In this document: positions 28,430 through 40,574 of the stretch, in pieces
How positions within the stretch are numbered: the stretch's first letter is position 1
Layout: each line of letters begins with the position of its first letter
Source of the DNA: Kudoa neothunni
Lineage: Eukaryota > Animalia > Cnidaria
DNA length: 64,000 nt
Direction of reading: 5' to 3'
NCBI GenBank assembly: GCA_964304625.1
Contig: OZ199840.1
Location: 903,284 to 967,283 of the forward strand
Notes under the pieces: generated by a model
Database searches by the model: none
The model's input: only the letters and a program-made list of their open reading frames with translations
What the model was told of the DNA's origin: nothing
Position numbers and translations under genes: made by a program

Positions 28430-29190
28430 AAAGATTAACTGGTTTAGAAGTCATGCTAAAAAATTATATATGTACCCATAGATTCATTTAACTTGAGACT
28501 AAAAAACATTAGTAATTTCTTATATCCAAATTTTTTCCATGGACAACCAACAGTCAATATATTTCATTAAGTCATCCTTTGTAATCAGAAATTACTCGCA
28601 ACGTATATTTTTCATGAATTTATTCTTATATTAAACAGTCCACTCTAACATTTCATTGTCAAGAGAATTTAAGAAAGTCAAAAGTGGAGTATCGAAATTT
28701 TTAAGACGTTATTTTTACATCTTATGTCATATAAATTATCCTCAGCCTCAGTTTGTCATAGAGTGCATTTCGTTTGTTCAGATAATTTTTCTCCATCCTT
28801 CGATACCAGTGCGTGAATATTTTCTTCATGAAGATCAATTTTATCATTTTAATCATATTAATCTTATGTGAGGTTCTCAATTGTACAATCGCTAAATTAG
28901 GAATCAGCCTATTCTAAACAGTAGTCATATTCAGCATATTCAAGATTCAATGTACTACGTTTATGGCTAAAATGACAAGTATCTACATATTTTCCACTCG
29001 TTTATTTAAACAGTTTACAAATTATCTATAATAAAAAATCGTTTATTATATCTATTTCTATAAGCCATGCAAACAAAACTATGAATTTTTCCAAAAAGGC
29101 AAGGATCATAATGACTCCGTAGATTTCTCGCTTAAGCTTCCTTTCTTCGGTCCAACGTGAGTTAACTCTACTTATGGCACAAATTTTTAT
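28430..29190 (-). mobile_element. Ancient piggyBac fossil (duplicate of 6850-7600)
   Basis: Near-identical to 6850-7600. Confidence 0.55.
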
Positions 29191-29255
29191 TAATTGCATA
29201 TGATTAAATAAATATATTCATAATTAAAAATATGTCTATTTTTCTGCTATATAAT

Positions 29256-31283
29256 TAGGGTTTGCAATTTTTGATTAAAATCGATTTCCATTGATTTAAA
29301 CCGTTGAATTTGAAAAAACGTGCAAGTTTTATATTTTTTTGATTGATAAAAGCTAATTTTGTTTAATTGAAACCCTTGAAAATGAGAAGAAAACGTCGAG
29401 AGTCGACTGATTATTTAATTGATTGGAACGACTTGGAAGTTGCGGGAGACATGTTCTCATACAAATATTGCGAGCTAGTCTTACCCCTTTAAATAAAACA
29501 AAATACAAACACACGTTATATCGTAAAAACACGCGACTATGAAGATTAATGTGAAAAACACTATCCCCAACAAAGATATTTTGAACCGTGATAGATCCAA
29601 CTCAAGCGAAATTGAAATGGACCTAATAAAGATTGTATTATTTGATGGTCTTCCATTCCAGGCTATCAATAAAGATAGTTCATTAAGGAATTTTCGTTTT
29701 AAATACTGCCCAGCTTTACGATCATTACCCGATGGAAGAGTTCTTATCGATAAACATATTTCCCCGATATTTTTGAGGAGTATGCAAGCGATTAAACTAG
29801 CAATGGTAGATGTTCGATACAGTTTGATAATTGACGAGTTGCCTGACTTTAATAATATACATGTTTTCAACACGTTGGCTAGTTATTACGATCACCAATA
29901 AAATAAAAGAATAATATTTATGTATGATTCACCCAGAATTTTAAATTGCAATTCTGTTATTGTTGCTAATCAATTATCAAACATGCTGAAACGCTACGAC
30001 TTGGTATGGGATAACGGTTTCGTTATTACTTCGGAATCAGCGTTATACATGAAAAAATTCATTAATAATTTGAAAGCAATGTGTTCACATATTGTTCGAA
30101 TTCCATGCTTTTCTCATATTATCTATCTTGTTGTCCGAAAAGCTACAGACGAATATTTCTTGGATATTAAAAAATTCTGCACAAAGTTTTCATCTATTCT
30201 GTCCAATTATAATACAAAGAGAACATTCCTGATTCATCTCAAGAACAACAATTTGGAAGATGTCAAAGAAATTCTTCGTGTCATGGAAATCCGTTGGTAT
30301 AATTTTTACAATTGCTTAAAGCGAATAAAATAATATTACCCAGCTGTTGTCGATTTTCTAAATGAAATTAAACCTTTAGAATTCTGAAAACGTCTAAATG
30401 AAATTCTACTAATTAATTCTGAGAATATCAATGTCTTATTTCTCTCGGTCACTGTGTTAATTGATGAACTTACGCCGCTGGTTGAATTTTCGAAACGTAT
30501 TGAAACTAACGATAATTTTTGTTTTCCATGTATGTTCGACTGGATGAATAATAATTTTGGAATGAATAATAATTTTCTGAATGATCACAAAGATAATCTT
30601 GGACTTCTTCCATTTAAAATTAGAACAAATCTTATCAATAAAATTGAATCATTTCGCTGGAGCATCATCGAAGAAATCCACGATTTAATATCAAATAGTA
30701 TTAATGATTGCTTTCCATCAGCCACTTTCTCTAAAACAATCGAAAACATTGATCCAACAACGCCCTTATCAACTGACAATGGACATATTGATTATCTTTG
30801 TTATTTAATAGAGGCTAAAGACGAAGTTATCCATAATGATGAATACAATTTCTTCTGTAAGGCACGTAATAATTTAAGTTATCCCTTTATCACTACAGAC
30901 TTCTCGAAGGAAAAATCCAATATTTTCCTATTGCTGTGAAAACTTTCGTTGGATTTGTTGGCAATAAACACTTCATCTATCACCGTAGAACGAAGCTTTT
31001 CGAAACTAAATTATATATTTCGAAAAAAAATTATGAAACTCTCAAATGAACGCGTTTCAATGGTTTTGATGCTTCATTTTAACGGTCCATCTCTATTTTA
31101 ACAAGAGGTTACTCAACATAATTATTTTTACTTTAAAAAACTTTGTTTGTTTAGTCCCCCAAAAATCCAGATTTTTCTTTTATTCTTAAAATATACGTGA
31201 ACAAAGCCGATTTCGAGAAGAAAAATTTGATTGATAAAATCCGTCGAATAAAAAAAAATAAACGTCGAAATTTGTAAACCCTG
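29256..31283 (+). mobile_element. hAT DNA transposon (duplicate of 7673-9700), inactivated
   Basis: TSD TATATAAT at 29248-29255 and 31284-31291. Same TIRs. Motif TSSITVERSFSKL. Confidence 0.92.
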
Positions 31284-31401
31284 TATATAATCATAAAATA
31301 GATAATATGTATTAGCTTGAATTTGAATATAATATGTATTAATTAAATAAATATCAAATTAAAGTGTTATATTTTTAATAATCCTCATCATCGAAATGAA
31401 T

Positions 31402-34400
31402 CTAATTTCTATTCTTCCAGTAACCAAAATAGAATCCTGCTCCAATAACAACAAGAGCTATTGGAACTACAGTAGCAATAATTCTAAATATCAAAGTTAA
31501 ACAAGACATATCTACTTATTATACATTGTATTGGTTGATCTAAACAAATTTAAAACTAATATTTACACATCGAAGTTACGTAGATTTATTGGAGGTTTCA
31601 CCTATTATTTAATTTAAAAAGTTGATATAAGTGGTCTTATTTTACCTTTATTAATTTTTTCAAGCCCAAATACATTACTTTGGACACTATGGAATACTTC
31701 CAACTGATAATTACTTGTGTCTTCAACATCAGAAATGGAGAATCCCCTGCAAGGAGGAAACACATCGCAACCCTCACCAACTATCATGCATTGCTTAACT
31801 ATTTGGTTGGATGGGTCGTCCAAATTTATTAATTTCCATTTACACAAAGAAGTTTGATCCACATCTTTCGGTAAAGTCGTTTTCACATTTATGGTTGTAT
31901 CTTCACGGGTAATTACAATTGTTATTTTTTTCGTGGGGTTCACATGTGGTGTAGCTGATGGATCTGAAATTAAATATTAATTATTTAATTAAAATATAAT
32001 TTTTAATTATAGTTTTATTAATATTTAATTAAATTTTTGAGGTTAATGTATAATAAATTTTACTTTTGGGTATGTCTATTGTAGTTTCAGTAGATCTTCC
32101 AACAGCTGTCACTAAAACTCTGTACTCTTTGTCTGCTTCGTATACTTCACTAAATATGATACTACTACATGAGGGTGGTACTTCACAAGATGGGGTTGTA
32201 AGCTTATTAATCGGCGGCGTTACTTTTTTTGATGGTTGACCTGTTGATCTAGACACCATAGGTTGTGAGAGAGTTGATTTCATATCAGATTCGGCAGTAT
32301 TTCCTGTCGATTGTGGTGCTGGGCATTCATACAACATATCATATGTTTCCCCATTCTTTACTTTTACTTTGTAGTGGCATACAGCTTCGGCATAAGGTGA
32401 AGATAATGTGCCTACTACTTTAAAACCTTTTTCCAAAAATTGATTTTTTAGTGTGAGAGTTGACATTTCTTAACAATCATAATTTAAAGTTAAATATTCG
32501 ATGAAGTTTTATACCTGTCTTTATTTGATAAACTTTAGAACCGTAATCTTTGTGTGCTACAACCTTGAGATCGTAATCTGTTCCAGGAGTCAATCCCACA
32601 ATATTTTGAGTGTCTCTACAGAATCCTCTGCATGGATAACTATCCACACACATTGCACACACGTATACATTCTTTCCGCGGGGGCTGAGGTAGTAAGCAC
32701 ATGTTATATCTGATATGCCAACCGCCGTGTTAACTTCGAGAGCTTTAATGGAAAGATGGGTATCCCCTATGGTTGTCGTTGCATCGGGGAAAACATTTCC
32801 GGCTGTTGCATCTATATATTATGTTATATATAGACATTATTCTATTTTCAATAAACTCGTTCTGAAGAAAATGTGCTCTTTAAAATTAGCCTTAACACCA
32901 TGTCCATCATCTGCGTCCGCTTTAATTTCAAGAGTATAAGGTTTTCCACTGGCCAGTTGGGATACTGTTAATGTTGAAGTACACTGAGTGTCACAGTTGG
33001 TACTACCATTTCCACATTTCGCTTCTGTACCATCCACATTTTTCAAAGAGGGTTTATCCGCAGCATAATAACCTACAGTACATGAAGAGAATTTCGGAGA
33101 ATCGGTTGGATTAAATAAGCTTGCATTCAGCGTCACGCCCGTAGCTGTGTAAGCCGATAATAGTTTAGCATACGTACTATCTTCCTTTTTATCATCAATA
33201 ACTATATAAATCTTATTTGAAATATTTAACTTTCTTATAAACCAAATTTTTTTTGTATGTATCCAAAGTATGTAGTTTCACTTTTTTTTATTTGAAAATG
33301 TCTGGTTTGTATTAATATTTCGACAACTGCTTTTGACGTTTCGAAAGTGAGCTCCACATTATCACATGGTGCGTAGCAATCTTTATCTTTACCACCACAA
33401 TTCGATGTGTAATCTTTAGTTTCTCCAGATTGAATTATAGTGGATTCTTCCTTTATACCAAATCGACAGATTTCAAACGGAAATTTATTAGTAAACTTAA
33501 GTAGATATTTATTTTTCTCGTTATGATTATACTTCACATAATATTGTGGTATGTAAACGTCGGTATTCATCAAAGTATAATTATTTTGAAGTTTATAATA
33601 GAATGATGGATAACCCACGCATTTCATTTCATAATGTGGGATCATCAAATCAAAATCTACTTCATTATTATCGTTACTTGTAACACAATTAGCTCCGGCG
33701 GTTCCTGCAACGTATTGTACATCCTTATAGAAAATGGGGCAATCAACTTTCTTACAAGTTGTCGTACTCAACTTCAATTTACTTCCACTTGTTGTTATTG
33801 TAACTTGTGGGTTTATCAACAAATCTATAAATATATAGATATGTAATATACACATTAATTACGTATGTCTAGTCCAAAAATAGTTCCTCCTTTAGTTAGT
33901 TGAGAAGCAGTTTGAGCCAGATTCACCGTAAAAACTCCAATATATTTTGTTCTTGGGGATAATTTATCATAGGTGATTTTATTATCATTTTTTGTACAGG
34001 TAATGACGCACTTACCATTGACAATTGCGTTGCCAGTTCCAGGGCACTGATTAACATCTTGATAAGTAACCCCATTGTCATTGGATTTTTGGATATAGCA
34101 ATAGTTCGACTCGATAAAGTCACCGCCGCTCAATACTAAATGAACCTTCATACTGCGCTCATCTTCCACAATTTTATATGAGAGGGATTTTGGCGCAGCC
34201 GGCAGAAGTTGAAGTTGTTGTTGAGTTTGAGCTTTAGCTTGACCTTGAGCTTCAGTATGAGGTATTGTTTGTAGCTCAGTTTGAGTTTCAGACACTAATG
34301 AATCTTGTAAAGTTTTTTTTGCTATAATTGATTGAAATATACATTCAGTAATAGAAATGTTACAAATAAGTGTGAATATTATCCCTAATAAAAAGACAAA

Positions 34401-34409
34401 CCCCTTCAT
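31402..34409 (-). CDS. Array copy 3: intact 856-aa Cys-rich FN3-like multi-module type I membrane protein
   Basis: Exons 34409-34364, 34321-33863, 33824-33243, 33201-32857, 32811-32515, 32468-32064, 31963-31646, 31601-31580, 31539-31525, 31483-31402. All introns are GT-AG (38-46 nt, one of 100 nt). The total is 2571 nt with no internal stop. Signal peptide at the N-terminus; TM plus KNRN at the C-terminus. Confidence 0.88.
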
Positions 34410-35035
34410 TCTGATTTAAATTATCAAAAAGGGATATTAACGTTATATTCATAAAGAACAATACAATGAATGCATTGAAATTTAATAATACTTTCGTACC
34501 TTTTAATAGTGTAATTTTACTAACTTATTATCTTACGAATACGTTCCTTATTAACGTTGAATAAATATCGTTAACAAATAATAATTACCAAAAATAAAAA
34601 ATGTATCGTTATTATTTCAAAATTTAAATTAAAAATACCATTGATTTGAAACCAACGTCAGATTTTAATTTTGTATAAAAATGAAAATCTTATAAAAATA
34701 TTTAATAAATAATTTTATTTTCAAAAATTCCTCTATCATATTTCATAATAAATGCCTAAAATAATATTTTATTGATTTCCCTGTAATTTAAATGATTATA
34801 AAATTCAATTCAATTAAAATACCAATTACATTCGTTTTATTAAGTTTTATACATTATTCAAACATAATTATTGATTTTTAAATCAAATATATTTATATTA
34901 TTTCATCAACTTCATTATTTTTTCATATCTTGTGTTGCATTCATACTTTTTAATCAACAAATATAATTAAAACATTTATATACATTTCCTTAAATACTTT
35001 CAAAGTTATTCTATTTAATTTTTTCGGGATGGTAT

Positions 35036-36547
35036 GGCGAATTTTCGCCGGAATAAATATGTTACGCGCGCAGTTATGAGAGACAATAAATATGGCGGAA
35101 GATTTTGTTCCAGAATTTAAGTTACTTGAATCTAAAAGAAACTATTACATGCTTTCATACAAAAGTTATTTCTACTTAAAAGATTACAACAATGAGAAAT
35201 TTCAATATTTGTGATGTCAAATTCGAAAATGCCAAGAAAGATTAAGATCTTATCCCCTCAATAATATAAACAACATCGATGAATTACACTTCCACAACCA
35301 TATTATTAACGATGAGGATATAAAAATCAACTATTATACGACAAAATCAAAAATTTAGCCAAAACCAAAACAAACGTTTATCTAACATCAAAAATTTATA
35401 GTTTAGTTTCCATTGACGAAAATATTAACAATTTACCAATAATATCAGAAAAAACATTATAGAAAAATATTCAAAACGAAAGAAAAAGAGACAACATCGA
35501 TACCTCTCCAGTACCGGAAAATTACGATTATTGTTAACGTTGCGAAACGAACCATTAGTCTCTACAGATAACAACCGAATAATAATATTTTCAACAGAAA
35601 AAAATTTAATCCATTTAAGATCATCAAATTATTGGATGGTCGATAGAACATTCAGAGTGGCACCAAACAATTTTTACCAACTTTATGTCATTCATGGCTC
35701 AGTTTTCTACAAAATTTTCCCTCACGTCCAACAAAATACAACAAACATACGACAAAATAATTCAAATAATCAAAGAAAAAGGTAAGATGGAACTACCAAA
35801 CTATGTGATAATCGATTTTGAAATTGGAGCATATAATACTTATTTCTGCCTTTTTCATTTGGGATAAAGTGTATATAGAAAAATCCAAAAACTCGGCTTT
35901 TCTGAAGAGTATTAAAAAACGATGATTTAAACATTTTATTAAAAGTCTAACTTCGCTTGCATTTGTTCCCACTCATCATATCGAAGATGAATACATAAAA
36001 CTAAAAGAAAAATCAAACAAAATGGAATATGCAAATATACCAACATTCATTAATTATTTTGAAAAAAACTTTGTTTGCAATCCAAAATTCCAAATAAAAT
36101 CTTGGAATGCATATAATTAGAATATTTCAAAATGTTAAACTGACCTCGAATTCCGATGAAATATTTAACAGATATTTCTCCTCTAAATTTTTCCAACATC
36201 ATTCCGGAATTTTAACATTCATAAAAATGTTAAAAGAACAACAAAGTTTCACCGAAGAAGAAATAAGTTATCAATTATCACACCCAAACTCCAAAACATA
36301 TGTAAAAAAACCTGTGAAAAATATGAACAAATCAAATCAATATTTCAAAATAATCACCTTTTTATGACACATTTTACGTCGAAACTATCGCGCGTATATA
36401 TAATTGGCGTTTGGAATAATTATAAAAATATTATTATATTATCTCTATTGTTTTGTTATTACATCAGTGTCTTTTTGTATCAGTAGCAGCTGCTCCATTT
36501 AAAATTGACGCGGGGGAGCAGCGGATTAATTCCGGCGAAAGTTCGCC
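35036..36547 (+). mobile_element. Mutator-like element (FLYWCH + MULE transposase), degenerate
   Basis: TIR GGCGAA(T/C)TTTCGCCGGAAT(A/T)AAT. FLYWCH-like YL*CQIRKCQER...HNH from ATG 35092. Motifs IIIFSTEKNL..WMVDRTFRVAPNNFYQLYVIHG, IIDFEIGA, CLFHLG and LAFVP. Confidence 0.85.
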
Positions 36548-36705
36548 TTTCGATAATTCTACATAATTTCGCACTTTTTAAGTCTCATTACACATCATAG
36601 TATTATTGTTATTCTTATGACCCTATCACAATAAATTTATTTAAATGAAATATTCTCAACACCCGTACTCAAAAATGGGGTAATTTTCACGTTTGGTGGA
36701 TTTAA

Positions 36706-39034
36706 CCCATAGCGGTTTTCATATTTAAATCTTTAAAAAATTTAAACTGTAAATAGAGCACAATTATTAATGATAAAGCGTAAAATATTTCTTCTAGAAT
36801 CATTTGGGAAGTATGAAAATAATCCAAAATACTAAAGTGCCAAAAAGGGCATGATAAACCCACCGTCGTGCGTTTTTCTCATTATGTGTTCATGCGTTTG
36901 CGCCGAGGAAAAATATAATAATATATTAATAGAACGACAAAATATTACGACTTATGATAGATAATTGAACATTTGATATGCATGTAGTTTTTGCATTCCA
37001 GGCACAAATAGATAGTGTTTTTTTACAAACAACGCATTTGTATCTTTTTTTCAATGGGTTTGCGCTCATTGTTGGCCAATCACATAACAGAGCAGCGTGA
37101 ATATTTGCTAGATATGATCTTCTAGTAATTTTTTCAGTGCGGTCAGTTTGGATCATATTGTCTACAATACACCTAATATGAATCAACAATTTTACGTTTT
37201 ATTTATTCTTATAATTGAGCCATTAGCAGGAATTGACCGCTGCGATTGAGATAATATTTGTAAAGAAGGGCCAGTACCACTTTTTGGAACGAATTTTTAC
37301 TCTTTAACAGGATATATTATTGTCTGCGATGTCAACGCCTCCCATATGTTTGTTATACATATATGAGACATACGGCTGATCTATCGTCACATAGCACTTT
37401 CTTGTTTTACAATAACGCTTTGTATACTGGACTGATTCAACAGAAAGCGCATTGCTAAGAAAGGCAACTGGTTTTGTATCGTTTCAATAAACGCAATTTT
37501 TTTGGTTGAGCGGTCTTCGTACGACTCATAAAAACCCCTCGGTTTCTTCTCCATTACCTTAGGATCTGTTAAGGGGCATTTACATCTCTCTTCTACAATT
37601 CAGCTTTCAATTTATAAGAGCTAAAAAAATTATCGAAAAAAACATGAACGTCATTTCTTCCTTCATGTTCTTCAACAAATTTTAACACAACACTGCCACC
37701 CCCAAACCAAGACTTTTGCAATAAGATTCCTCCTTACCGGTGTACACGTTAAAACTGTAAATATAACCATCAGAAGATGCTAAAACCCATTGCTTAAAGC
37801 CAAAACGAACCGGTTTCCCTTTCATGTACATTTTGCAAGTATGATGGCCTGTGTATGGTATCATTTGATCGTCAACTTAAAAGTTATTATGGAAAAAAAC
37901 CAAATTTTTTAAGACTTTTATTCATTTTTTCAATTAATGGTCTTACTTTGAAAAGTTTTTCAGTTTTATCCAACTCTGAATTGTCGTTAAAATGTAGATA
38001 TTTTTTAATAATTTGAATCTACTGTATGACATTGACTTTTTCACAAGTTCAACGCCAGCGTCCAAAGCAGACTCCCAATACATATGCTGCTGGATAATTT
38101 ATTATATCCAGTTAATAATAAAATGCCGATGAAACATTTGAATTCCTTTATCGTCAAATGAAATTTATGGTCGATCTTTTGTTGAGCGTATAAATATGTT
38201 TCTTTAACGATATGCAATAACACGTTTTCGTCAAAAAATTCCAGAAAAACATTCATACGACTCATACATATTCGAATCATCATTATAGATAATATTTATA
38301 CTATGGGTTATCATATTTTCATTTATTGAGTTTGTCGACGAATTGCAACGTGGGATGATTTCTATGCCATCTGGCTCCGCCATTTTCAATGTTTTCATCT
38401 TGTTGTACGTTAATGAAAGTTTCTATTTCACCGCATATCTCAGGAACAGTTCCAATCTAAATGTTGTCGTAGTCTCTGTGGACGAACTCATCCTCTTCAT
38501 CGGTCAATGTATCCACATGATCTGGGGGTATGACCACAAAAACAATCGTATTTGGTAATTCATCGATATTTTCAATATTTTCGATAGCATCAACTAAGTT
38601 TCTGTACCTCATCTTAAAGCTTTTACCGGAGGTTAACAAAAAGATTAATTGAGAAATCGAACACCGGTGGTTTATCATGGCCTTTTCGGCACTGTTTTAT
38701 TTTGATAATTATTTGTAGCTCTCTTATATATTATGTTTAATTCTTTACTTACATTAAACTTCTGGTAATATATTACTATATTCTAAAAATATAATATTTT
38801 TAAATAACAGTTTAGTAGAATTCCCGTTCTATTTGTATGTTGTCACATTACAAGGGTAATATAGAACAGTATCTGGCACAATGTTAAATATATTTAATGA
38901 ATATTTTTTTTATATAATAAGAGTAATTATACATATGAATCATATATCCTAGAATTACATTATTAAACGAATTATTGTAAGGTATACAGTGGCGTGAAAA
39001 CTGTGCCGAAAAGGGAACGAAAAATCACTATGGG
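36706..39034 (-). mobile_element. piggyBac DNA transposon (PGBD2/3-like), inactivated
   Basis: TTAA flanks. TIR CCCATAG(C/T)G(G/A)TTTT. Motifs IPPDHVDTLTDEE, DDQMIPYTGHH..KMYMKGKPVRFGFKQW, FFDNFF, YNKHMGGVD, KKWYWP and a C-terminal Cys cluster. Confidence 0.92.
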
Positions 39035-39559
39035 TTAATCTATGTTTCTCTGTAAACACATCATAATGAATTAAGAGAAGTTTATCTAAAATTTATTTTT
39101 AAAACTACTTTATTTTAATAAATAATTAAAATTTGTAATATGTTATTTTATATCCACTTTATTTCTCGTAACATTGAAAATCACTATCCCCATGTGGAAA
39201 CCATTTCAACTCCCATTTTTTTTTAAACTATAAATAGTATTTAAGTCATTTACATCATGTGATAAAAAAGAATCTTAAATTATAATAAAGACTATTATTG
39301 CTAAAATATACTTAAAAAATATGGATAAAATATTTTTTATTCAAATAATTTATTTCAATTGTGAATCACTTAAAATATGCTTCTTTAGAAAGAGAAGAAT
39401 TTATGAATACTTATTTTAAATAATATTATAATCAGACGTGGTTTACAAATATTTTAAAATTTAAATTACGACTAGACTATTATCACATAGATGGTGTGAT
39501 CGACTCTAGCAATAAGGTGAATTACACAGTTGCACCACGAGATGTTTTAAAATTTAGCC

Positions 39560-40300
39560 TCACATTAAAGATGGACTGATTTAGATGTCATGTTTAAAAA
39601 TTATGTACGTACCTATAAATTCACTTAATTCGAACTTTCAAAACATCAATAATTTCATATATCCACATTTTTCCCACAAAAAATAACAATCAATATAATT
39701 CCTTATGTTGTCTTTTGTAAACGATTTATGTTCTTCTCGCTCATTTCTCATGCATTGATTGTGAAATACATATATAAAATCTAACATCTCATTGTCAAGT
39801 AAGTTTAAGAGAGCCAAAACTAGAGTGTGGCAATTTTTAATGTGTTATTTGTGCCGACGGTGTTATATTTGAAAATACTTTCCTTCAGTTTGTCTTCGAG
39901 TGCATTTTGGTTCCTCAGGCAATTTTTCTCCATCCTTTGATACCATCGTGTGAATATTTTCCATGCGATGATCAATTTTATTATCGAAATCATAATACTC
40001 CGACATAAGGTTTTCAATTGTACAGTCACTAATTTAGGAATCAAATTATTCAAAACGGTAATCGTATTCAGTGAATTCACAATCCATTGAACAACGTTTA
40101 TCACTAAAATGGACAGCATTATCTACATATTTTTATCCGTTAATTTAAACAGTTTACAAATTGTCTATAATAATGAAATTTTTTTTACTATATCTATAAT
40201 CCATGTATACAATAAACAATGAGTTATTCCAAAAAAACAAGAGACAATGATCATGTAAATTTTTTTTGGTCGGTCCTGCGTGAATTAACGGTACTAATAT
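39560..40300 (-). mobile_element. Ancient piggyBac fossil, diverged homolog of 6850-7600
   Basis: Alignable by eye to 6840-7600. Translates as MVSKDGEKLPEEPKCTRRQTE. Confidence 0.5.
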
Positions 40301-40574
40301 CAAGAATTTTTAAAGATGCACATTTATTAAATAAAAAACAAACATTTTTATATATGAAATTTTGAAAGTTATGTTTCTAAAAACTTTAGCATTTAGTAGC
40401 AATAAAGAAAGGTATACATTCTTAATTAAAAAATATATCTAATAATCTTCCTGCAAACAATCAATCGATAATAATTAAAATTTAATAGTATGAATATGAA
40501 TATAATATGTTTTAATTAAATAAATATCAAAGTAACGTGTTATATTTTTAATAATCCTCATCATCGAAATGAAT

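Larger units (their letters stand above)
20082..31980. repeat. Segmental duplication, copy B (paired with 1-10390)
   Basis: Colinear with copy A apart from insertions at 20994-22870, 23791-23956 and 26292-26458. Confidence 0.95.

Noticed and set aside
31402-31483. C-terminal hydrophobic segment as a GPI-anchor signal
   Set aside because: It is followed by WKNRN, a charged stop-transfer tail, which fits a TM helix better. No predictor was run.
34322-34363. ORF 33855-34409 reads through a 42-nt stop-free segment as if it were coding
   Set aside because: It is GT-AG bounded and corresponds to intron 1 of the other copies (43 nt and frame-breaking in copy 2), so it is treated as an intron.
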